From Lama glama (Eukaryota): a DNA stretch of 64,000 nucleotides. How positions within the stretch are numbered: position 1 is the stretch's first letter; each line of letters begins with the position of its first letter. Location of the stretch: contig CM052817.1 in NCBI GenBank assembly GCA_028534125.1, positions 49,106,001-49,170,000 of the forward strand. Direction: 5' to 3'. The position numbers and the translations under genes are program-made. Below, in pieces: positions 40,481 to 64,000 of the stretch. The notes beneath the pieces were generated by a model. The model worked only from the letters and a program-made list of their open reading frames with translations. It had not been told where the DNA came from and did no database searches.

Positions 40481-42428
40481 AGTACATGGCGTTTGTACAT
40501 GGACAGTATTTAAATAATGATTTTGAATCAATTATACAAATATAAAATAATAGTATAAGTTACATTAAAATAAAGAATAAAATGGAAAAGTCATGAACTA
40601 GGACCAGCACTGATATTTAAATGTATAACATAGTGTTAATCACTTACTATGCGGGGAATAAATGTGTCTATATAATTTGTAACTGATGATATATAAAACT
40701 GTATCCTCAATATCCATTTGCTTTCTCATAATAATCTGTATACATAATAAGAGTGGGTAAGTGGAATTATATTTCTGAATTTTACATTCTGGAACCAAAG
40801 AAGAAAAGGAGGGCCTCACTTGTTTCCCTCGATTAATTCAGACTATACAAGCATTCAAATGAGATTTTGAATTGATATTTATTTTTATATGATCTTTGAA
40901 GAAATGGTTTGCTAGGAAATTAATAGAAGAAAGCTATTTCATTTATTATGCAAAATTCAAATCTAATATCTGAATATACTATGTTGACTTCTGCTGTCAT
41001 TCATTCCTTATATTCAAACTCAGAAGTAACACCATCCCCAAGGTCTTAGAAGAGTCTGGATGAGAAGCGCGGGTCTCACTATTCATTCATTCATTCATTC
41101 AGTCCATCCAGTACCTACTTTATTCCAGGTTGAGTGTTTACATACTCAGTTTCTCGTCTTTCCATCTCCTGCTCTGCTAAGTTCCTAGTCATTACTTGTT
41201 CCCTTCACGAGGCTGCCAACATGTTCTCCAGTAATTCATGCTGGAGAATTTTTTTCTACTAGAACCTGCCCCTGCACTAACAAAGGTGCTACAGAAGCAA
41301 TCAGATACTTTATCAAAAATAGAGGATAAATGAGAAGCATAGAGAAGACAGCAATTTAACATAGAATATTTAATTTAATTTTCCTAAATGCCCCAGGTTG
41401 CTCAGCTCTCGTTGGCACACTTGCCTTAGGCTTTTGTCTGCTCTTAACCTGTCTGTGTCCACTCTATGCTAGATTCTGCTCTGTCATTAATCTACCCTTT
41501 TCTAGGCCCCTGAGTCCCTAATTCTTTTACTCTATGAGCGGTAAGGAAGATACAAAATTCAAATTATGTTCACCGTATTTCTAGCATAAACTGCTGTCTA
41601 TTTTAAGACAAAGCAATTATTCAATAACTGTTTTTACTGGAGAAATTAGAAGATACATTATTTTTGTGTGCATACCGATTAATTATAAGATAGAAAATCT
41701 GACATATAATGCATGTCTTACAATGTAAAAATTTTTTTAATGTGTCCAGCTTTCTCTCTTCTAGACTTTTTTAAGGGGTTGGGGAGTGAGGGTGGCAGCA
41801 GGATGCGGAGGAGTTACCTCTAAAATACCAGGCTGCTACGCCAAAATATTTTTTTTCTAATCAAAAGCAGGTCTTTTTGTCTACAAATCAACTTTAGGCA
41901 TATGAGTTTAAGCAGCGGCTAGCTTCATAGTCGTGATTTCACTTGTGGTCTCATTACACGAGTTACTAAGGAAAGCTGAATAAATGCGGTCAGTGTTTAA
42001 AGTGCCCTCAGGGAATTTGGAATCGCCAAGTTACTGGCAAAATATTTGCCTGAGAAAAATATATGTATCGGTCAATTTGCCAGTCAGAGGTTGGCAACCT
42101 CTGATATCTAGTTATAGTTATTTTACTAGAAGCAACAGAAGTTTATCTAAGATATTACATAATTTAGATTGTTATTAATTTGAGCTCTGTTCGTCTGGTT
42201 GTATCCATTATTGTTGAGTGACAGATTCTCAGAAATAAACAGAACAATAGATTATGAAGAATTTTATAATGTCTACCTTCTACAGTTTCCTCTATTTCTG
42301 GGACGTTCACGTTCCATGAGGGCCGGGGGGAGAGGCTGTAAAATAAGAAACACATAAGCAAGAGCAAGGCTAGAGTTTTCCTTACAAAGTTCAGTGACAA
42401 TGAAGCAGAAAAAAAATGAGCAGCCCTC

Positions 42429-42937
42429 TGTGATGGTCAGTTTTGTGTGTCAACTTGATTGGACCACAGAGAGCCCAGATATTTGTTCAAACATTCCAGG
42501 TGTGTCTGTTAGTATATTTCTGGATGAGATTAGTGTTCAAATTGGTAGACTGAGTAAGACAAATTGCCCTCCCTAGCGTGAATGGGCCTTATCCACTCAG
42601 CTGAAGACTTAAGCAGCATAAAAAGGCAGACCTTCCTGGGAGTAAGGGGAATTTCTCCTGCCTACCTTCATACTTGAACTAAAGTATTAGTTCTCCTTGG
42701 GTCTCAAGCCTGCCGGCATTCAGATAGAAAGGACAACATTGGCTGTCCTGTGTCTCCAGCTTGCTAACTGCAGATCTTGGAATTTGTCTACCTCTACAAT
42801 CATGTAAGTAAATTCTCATCCCTCTCTCTTTACCTCTCTCTCTCCTTTGCCTGCATTATATATATGTGATGTGTGTGTGTGTGTGTGTGTGTGTATCTCC
42901 TATTGATTCTGTTTCTCTGGAGAACCCTGACTAATAG
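42429..42937 (+). mobile_element. MLT2-like (ERVL) LTR
   Basis: tgtgatggtcagttttgtgtgtcaacttga ... (TG)n ... ttctgtttctctggagaaccctgactaata. Confidence 0.85.
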
Positions 42938-43074
42938 TCTATCAAGACACAATGAGAACCTTAGCAGATCAATGAGATTCTAATTCAAGTTTAGTATTAT
43001 TAGGATTATTATGATAAGAATAGTTATTAATCAAAGAGTATACAAAGCAATTTTTATATTATGTATATACACAT

Positions 43075-43566
43075 AAAGAGATGTATTATAAGTAATTGGC
43101 TTAGGTGATTTTAGAGGGAGGCAAGTCCCGCTATCTACAAGATGAATTGGCAAGCCACAGACCTAGAATAGCTGATGAATTAGTTCCAGTCTGAGTCTGA
43201 AGGCCCAAGAACAGAAGAGCTAGTGGTATAGTTCCAGGTCAAAAGCTGCCAGGCTGCAAATCCAGGAAAAGCCAATGTTTTAGTTCTATTCTGGAGGCAG
43301 GGAAAAAAAACTGATGTTACAGTTTAAAGGTCATCAGGCAGGAAGCCTGATTCTTTCTTACTCAGACACTTTGTTCTAGTCAGGCCTTCAAATGATTAAA
43401 TAAGGCCCACCCACATTAGACAGAACAATCTACTCTATTTAAGACACCGATTTACATGTTAATATCATTCTAATATACCCTCACAGAAACACCCAGAATA
43501 ATATTTGACCAAGTATTTGAGCATCTCATAGCCCAATCAAGTTGACACATAAAATTAATCATCGTA
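43075..43566 (-). mobile_element. MLT2-like (ERVL) LTR, opposite orientation
   Basis: Ends in cccaatcaagttgacacataaaattaatcatc, the reverse complement of the MLT2 5' end. Confidence 0.8.
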
Positions 43567-43699
43567 GCTTCTAGTCAGGATAGAGTAACAAAAAATAAAT
43601 TTGCCCTGGAAACAACCACAATGAACAACAGTGGATAGAAAACAAAAAAAGCCCTACAATTTCCCTAGCTAACTGCCTTGCGAGAATTACCAGGCAATA

Positions 43700-44895
43700 G
43701 CACAGGAAGGAAAACCCCAGACACAACATCAGGCATCTAATAAAAAATATCAAGAATGACTAGCAGAAGAAGTCAACCATAGTGGAAGGAAATTAAGTCA
43801 ATTGAAAACAACCTTGAATTNNNNNNNNNNNNNNNNNNNNNNNNNNNNNNNNNNNNNNNNNNNNNNNNNNNNNNNNNNNNNNNNNNNNNNNNNNNNNNNN
43901 NNNNNNNNNNNNNNNNNNNNNNNNNNNNNNNNNNNNNNNNNNNNNNNNNNNNNNNNNNNNNNNNNNNNNNNNNNNNNNNNNNNNNNNNNNNNNNNNNNNN
44001 NNNNNNNNNNNNNNNNNNNNNNNNNNNNNNNNNNNNNNNNNNNNNNNNNNNNNNNNNNNNNNNNNNNNNNNNNNNNNNNNNNNNNNNNNNNNNNNNNNNN
44101 NNNNNNNNNNNNNNNNNNNNNNNNNNNNNNNNNNNNNNNNNNNNNNNNNNNNNNNNNNNNNNNNNNNNNNNNNNNNNNNNNNNNNNNNNNNNNNNNNNNN
44201 NNNNNNNNNNNNNNNNNNNNNNNNNNNNNNNNNNNNNNNNNNNNNNNNNNNNNNNNNNNNNNNNNNNNNNNNNNNNNNNNNNNNNNNNNNNNNNNNNNNN
44301 NNNNNNNNNNNNNNNNNNNNGAATTAGCAAATAAAGACATTAAACTGTCACTATTTGTATATTCAAAATGCTAAAAAAATTGAGACAGGAGAAGTATAAT
44401 CACTCACAAAATCATCTTCTGGAGATGAAATCTACCGTGTCTGAGAGAAAAATGCATTGGATGGGATTAACATCAGAGTACACATTGCAAAGGGAAAAGT
44501 TAGTGAATACGAAGAAATAGCCATAGACGTTATCCAAAATGAAACACAAAGAGAGGGAAAAAAAGAGTTTTAAAAGTGAAGAGATCTTAAGTGAGCTGTG
44601 AACAACTTTATGTGTCCTGGAGTCTCAGAAGGAAGAGAGAAAGACAGAAAAAAATAATTTGAAGAAATAACGACTGTAAATGCCATACATGCACAATTCT
44701 CAGAAGCTCAATAAACTTGAAGCACCGGGACACACATAAACCCGGGACCATAGCCACACCAAGGTATGCCATAATTTAATTGCCCGAAACTAATGATAAA
44801 GAAAGAATATCTTAGAAGCAGACAGGGAAAGCAAATGCATTATATACAGAAGATCAAAGGTAAAAAAGACAAGTTTCCTGTAAGAAAAAATGAAG
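43700..44895 (+). mobile_element. Old L1 ORF1-region fragment spanning the second gap
   Basis: gaattagcaaataaagacattaaa...atgggattaacatcaga...tatccaaaatgaaacacaaagag...agaagctcaataaac. Confidence 0.7.
43821..44320. other. Assembly gap (500 N)
   Basis: Run of exactly 500 N. Confidence 1.
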
Positions 44896-45271
44896 TGCAA
44901 CTGAAGTGTAATGATAAGTGATAGGTTTATTTTTCCAGATATTTTTAGCATATTTCTGTGAAATGTGATTTTTTTAATTCAAAGTAATACGTGCAGCTCC
45001 ATTTCTGTCCAAAGCCTCCACTAAAGACCTTTGTTCTGCTTGTCGCAGAGCCAGCTGCTACTTTTGCAATCCACAGCTGTATGCGCATAAAAATGCCCTT
45101 TGTATTTAGATCTCTGGTGCTCAGTGGTTAAAGACCAACTTTGCTCTGTGACAAGTTAGAGTGTCTTAAGAATAACGTTACTTATTTAGCTTTTGACTTT
45201 TATCCTCTTTATTTCTCCATGATTTGATTGTGCAAATATTCTATTAAGTATTCATACAATCTGAAACAAAA

Positions 45272-58686
<13,415 letters not shown>

Positions 58687-59464
58687 AGAGCCTGAACCAA
58701 AAACCTGAAGAAAGAGGAACTGACCTGCAGCTTGCTGAAACAGGGGCAGTGATGGCTTGACTTGGGCAATCCAGTGGTTTTATAAAGGAGAAAAAATATG
58801 CTTTTAAAACTTTGATATTTCAGTATGGTTAATCAGGTCCCAGTTTTGCTCCTTATTCACTCTGAGCTTCCAAATTCCCTAACGTTAGGACCAATCTTTA
58901 CTTTTTTGTAGGTCATTCCTGCCTTTTCCAAGACTAGTACTGACAAGAGAAAGTTTCCTATTCAATCTCCGTATATTATGGTTTAGAATTAAGTTCTATG
59001 CCTTATAAATATGGCCCAAGAAATGCTGCTTTCACACTGACACTGTATTTCCCAGTTCTGCTCCAATTTTCCTTTCCTAAAAACTTGACCCAGGACACTC
59101 TATTCCACTTCTGTCTTCTGGATTTCAAGTTGTTCCCTAAGTTACTCATTTTGCAGTGGCTCTATTTGAATAATATGGTTCATGTTCCAGATAATGTGGT
59201 TCAGATTTCGGAAATATTGTTTCTATACCTAATTTCTGTGGGTCCAAATTTCTAATTTCCAATTATGTAATTTTTGAGCAAAGAACTGAAATCCACCTGA
59301 TGTACAAAAGGATTTTCTACCCAGTAAATAGAATTGTGCTTTGTCTTAATTCTAAGAAGAATGCTGAAATGATTTAATGAGACTTATCGTACAATTTTTA
59401 ATTATTGCTGCTACATTTTCACTTAAAGGTAAATTATTTAACCTGATAAAAGAAAAATTGGGAA

Positions 59465-59470
59465 AATAAA
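59465..59470 (+). terminator. Candidate SULT1B1 polyadenylation signal
   Basis: AATAAA ~780 nt after the stop, just before an L1 relic. Confidence 0.4.
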
Positions 59471-59569
59471 TTGATGTATATTGTTTACAATTCAAGGGAC
59501 TGGGGATGTAACAATAGAGTGATGGGCATTATGCCTCCCCTCTCTGGTTTCAAATACAACAGTTGTGCA

Positions 59570-60845
59570 CTTTTTTTTTATCTTTTTATTTAGAACAGTT
59601 TTAGATTTACAAAATTATTGCAAAGATAGTACAGGGAACCTCATACCTGGAAATCTCACACCCAGTTTCCTCTATAATTAATAAACATTAACATGGCATA
59701 TTTGTCACAATAAATAAAGAAATATTGCTGTATTACTACTAACTAAAGTCTAAACATTATTTCAATTGACTTGGTTATTCTCTAATGTTATTTCTTCTGT
59801 GCCAAGACCCTATCCAGGGCACCACATTACACTTAATTATCATATCTTCTTAGATTCCTTTTAGGTGTGAAAAGTTTCTTACACTTTCCCTATTTTTGAT
59901 GACCTTGACTCTTTCGAGAGTACTGGCTAGCTGTCTTGTAGAATGCCTCTCAGTTGGCATTTATGTGATGTTTTTCTCATGATTATACTGAACAAATATG
60001 TTCTGGGGGAAAAGATCACACACAGAGTTAAAGTATCATTCTCACAACATCACATCAAGAATATATACTAACTATATGACTTACCAGTGTTGATGTTCAT
60101 CTGGTTCAAACAGTGTTTATCAGGTTTCCATTGCAAAGTTCTGCTCTGTGTTTTTTTCTCCCTTTCCATATTGTATACTTAGGAAGAAAATCACATTCTG
60201 CAGCTCACATTTAAGAAGCGTGAAGTAATGCTTCATCTCCTGACATAAGAAGTATCTATAGAATTTAGAAATATTCTGCTTGAGAGACTTTTAAATTCTC
60301 TACCACTTATTTATGTATTTAATCATTTATTTAAATCAGTGAAGACTCATAGGTATTTATTTTATACTTTTGGTTATAAATCAGTTATACTTTATTTTCT
60401 TCCTCAAATTTTTCCAATTTGTCTGTTGGGAGCTCTTTAAGTTGGCTTCTGAATTCCTTTGGCATACCAGCTTTATTGTAGGGTTGTTTGCTTGTTTGTT
60501 TTGAGCATTTTTATTATTTTCTGGCAGTGCAGAATACTCCAGACCCATCTTACATAGTCTGTGTCCCGATTGTAGACTCAGCCATTTCTCCAAGGGGCTC
60601 TGGTTCCCTTTTTGGAGAATGGTATTAGAAAAATCAAGATTTGAGTGCTAGGCGTGTTCATTGCTACTGTGTTGGCATTGCTTCTAAGCCCTCTTGACTG
60701 ACACAACAAGGAGTTACATGTGTGTATACTAACCTGTGTATAGACATATATGTATAAATATTTCTATAGGTAGCTATCTATATTTGTATTAAGTAAAACA
60801 TGAGTTCACACCGATGTCTCCAACATTGATCCATGTGACAGGGAT
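59570..60845 (-). mobile_element. Old L1 (L1MC-like) 3' region
   Basis: tttagaacagttttagatttaca...tgatgaccttgac...cagccatttctccaaggggctctggttcc. Confidence 0.75.
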
Positions 60846-62429
60846 CATAATTATTATTATAATTTATATTTCACTACTATTTTTATTGATCATTTATTAA
60901 ATATCATATAATCTTGTAGAAGTATTATTAGATCAATTTTAAGGTGAGGAAACTGAAACTTGGAACTAAAATTTAAAGCTAAGCCTGCCTTGACTCCAAA
61001 ATATCATTCTTAATCACTCTATGACATATTCGATTACTTCTTAAAATATTATCATAAATATAATCAGATAATGATGCCCAAGCTGACACTGTGAAGGTTC
61101 CAAGCTCTGTCCGGTCTCAGAGCCCTAGTGTTGCTGGGACACTGCCTGCAAACCTGTGACGATTGCATTTGTGAATGTCTTTCTTCTATAAGCTATGTTG
61201 TAACTGGTACTTATTTATTGTTTAAATAAAGATGGAAATAACTTAATTGAAGCTCATCTAGGTTAATGTACATTTCGAGTGATATGATTAGAAAGGAATG
61301 TCTTGGGTAAAATGCATAGAGGCCAAATAAATGACTAATAGTTTTTGTAATGCAGCCTATTCATAAGGTGGGGTTTGGCTGTGCTCTGTTCTGTTCTGTT
61401 CTCTTCTATTCAGGGAGGAGAGAACAAGCTGTCATAAATCTTATGGAGACCCTTTCTGTGCAACTTTGAATATGAGAGAAAAAGGAGCAGAAAGAACAAA
61501 ATATTTCCCCTCAACTTGTACCTTCTGTATCTCCTCCCTTCTTTTAGTCTTAATAGCAAGAGTACCAAAATTCCTGAGCTTATTGGAAGCATTTGTAAAG
61601 AAAATAAGGTTCTTTGGGTTCTCTCTGGAGATTTTGATAAGATAGCTTGGACAAGGCCCTAGACGACGCATTTTTTAAAAACACCAAAGGTGATTTAATG
61701 GCTGTATTATCTATGACTATTTCCAAGTGATAAAGATGAACTATCCTTGTTTTTCAGGTAAGTGCCAGGTCGATAATTTCAAAAGATAGATAGGTAGACA
61801 GATAGATAGATTGATAGATAAGACAGAAAACACTCTTTTTGTACTGATTGGAATTGGATTCATATTTGAAAATGCAAAAATTAAGCAAAAAAACTTAAAC
61901 TCAGTCATTTACCATAATTTGAAAGGAAGAAGGAAGTTCATTGAATTATACATTTCAACACTGGGCCTTTAGCCAAATATGCACTGTGTTTCAAAATAAA
62001 AGAAATGAGTAACTTTTCTGAGTACAGTTTGCTCGGTGTGTGAGCTGTTCTTTAGCTTAAACAATTGGTGTAGATTCAGTTTCATTGAGAACACTTTTGC
62101 TTATTTCCTGGGTAATTATTCCTTCTATTGTATAAGAGCTAAATTTCTAAATAGATTAAAATGTGTGAAAACTACACTCTCCCACTGTTTTGCCTGAATT
62201 TTTCTTGTTGACATATTTTGGGGCCTTAGCTTGAAGCACACTGGGCCTCTGCAAAGAAGCCAAAACACACAAAGAAGCCAAGGAAAGTAAACCAGAAAAA
62301 GGCAGAAATACATAAGAAATGGATATAAAGTAAAATCTTTCAATAGCAGCCTACTGGTCAAGGCACAGTATTTGAGTGGTGCGAAAATTCCACCCCAGTA
62401 TCTGAGTGCTCCATCATCAGCACAGGTTT

Positions 62430-63770
62430 CCTTTTTTGGAAGCACAATACACACAGAGAAGTGTACAATCTTAGGTATCCAGATAAATCTTCCCACGCAA
62501 ACATATCTGGATAACCAGATCCATATCTCAAGAAACAGAATAATACTGGCATATGAAAGCGTCCCATCCCCTGTACCCGCTTCCGGTCAAAATTTTCCAC
62601 AATGAAAACCACAATTCTGATTTTCAAAACCATAGATTCAATTTGCCTTTTTTGAAATTTATATTAATGGAATTATACAGTTAGACTCTATAGCTTTCTG
62701 ACTTTTTTCACTCAACATTATAGTTGGAAGATTTACCCACATTGCATGTTGTTGCATTTTTTCTTTCCATGTTCATCTCTATATAGTATTCCATTGTGAA
62801 CATATACCAATACTTATTTGCTCTTGATGGACATTTGAAGAGTTTCCAGTTTGGTTTTTACAAATACTTCTGCTATGAACATTCTTGTTCTCATTTTTTT
62901 GTATACATATTTTCAGTGCATTTTCCTTGGGTTCAGCATAAGGATTAAATTGCTAGATAATATGATATGCACATGTTTAAGATACGACCAAAGAATCTTC
63001 TAACTTTTGAAAGATATGTGTGTCTTTGTATGTTGGAGTGTGTGTTTACACTATGTATAGATATGCATATAGGTGTACATATATTCTGTTTGTAAATCTT
63101 GTTTTATTATATGTCTTTTAAATATCTTCCCTGATTCTATGACTTGAGCTTTGGTGTCTTTTCATGTTCTTAGTCTTATTACAGGCCGGTTTATCATTTT
63201 TTCCTTTATAGTAAGTATTTATATCTTATATAAGAATTATTTGCTTAATATCAGCTGGATTCAGAGGGATGACTATGGGACTTGAGCATCCACAGATCCT
63301 CCTACCCACTATGGGTCTTGGAACAAATCCCCTCCCTGAATACAAAGGAATGACTGTACTGAAAATACCATTCCTTCCTTGCTGGAAGCCAGGTTTGTTA
63401 TAAATCAGTGGCTCATATATATGTGGGTCAGTTTCTGGACTCTATTTTATTTTGTAGGCTTATTTTTTATTCTTCATTTAATTAATATAGCTCAATAATC
63501 TAAAAGAATATCTGGTAATACAATGCCTTCATTTTCATTTTCTTCAAGATTGCCTTGTCAATTATTGGCCCCTGGCATTTCCATATACATTTTAGCTTGT
63601 CAATTTCTATTTTAAAAAACTGCTATGATCAATATTGGGATTACATTCAGTGTATTGATCAATTTGTGGAGAAGTGACAAGTGTAAAACACACATCCTTT
63701 TATCTAGGATTTCTTTGTTATCTTAGTAAGATTTTAAAAAATTTTTCAGTGTAAAAATCTTACACAACTT
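62430..63770 (-). mobile_element. Old L1 (L1ME-like) fragments
   Basis: aatggaattatacag...cactcaacattat...gatggacatttg...tgctatgaacattcttg. Confidence 0.6.
63255..63358 (-). mobile_element. MER2/Tigger-like DNA transposon end
   Basis: gggacttgagcatccacagat...ggtcttggaacaaatcccc...gaatgactgta. Confidence 0.7.
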
Positions 63771-64000
63771 TTTTTTTTCATGTGCCTGTTGGCCATCTGT
63801 ATGTTTTCTTTAGAAAAATGCCTATTCAGCTCCTCTTCTAATTTTTTAATTGAGTTTGTTTTTTTTTATATATTGAGTTGCGTGAGTTCTTTATTTTAGA
63901 TAGTCATAGAGAAAAGCAAACCATCATGCACTGTTGGTAGGAATGTAAATTTGTACAGCCACTGTGGAAAACAGTATGGAGTTTCCTCAAAACACTAAAA
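63770..64000. mobile_element. Younger L1 with inverted 5' segment (continues beyond the window)
   Basis: Minus-strand ORF2 piece (63775-63895) abuts a plus-strand piece cactgttggtaggaatgtaaat (63908-64000). Confidence 0.7.

Noticed and set aside
41224..41248. Short hairpins such as ttctccag...ctggagaa and atttggatc...gatccaaat (29453-29476)
   Set aside because: Stems of 8-10 bp are expected by chance in 64 kb
62125..62633. Overlapping ORFs of 77-123 aa downstream of SULT1B1
   Set aside because: They overlap an old L1 relic, with no recognisable protein similarity or exon structure

Overview
AT-rich mammalian genomic DNA, probably camelid (inferred from Vic-1-like tRNA-derived SINEs). It covers the tandem cytosolic sulfotransferase cluster SULT1E1 - SULT1D1 - SULT1B1, all on the + strand. 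The window holds the last four coding exons of SULT1E1 (2605-10298) and only the last three coding exons of a SULT1D1-like gene (21568-27001; the earlier coding exons are missing and a 500-N gap lies just upstream). SULT1B1 is complete, with seven coding exons (45272-58686, 891 nt, 296 aa). The rest is intron or intergenic DNA with L1, MIR, SINE, LTR and DNA-transposon relics, microsatellites and two 500-N gaps. Repeat family names were assigned from memory of consensus sequences, not from a search. I found no convincing new biological system. The best leads are the unresolved status of SULT1D1, a ~265-bp palindromic element behind SULT1D1, candidate multi-exon 5'UTRs and an NF-kB/ETS motif cluster upstream of SULT1B1.
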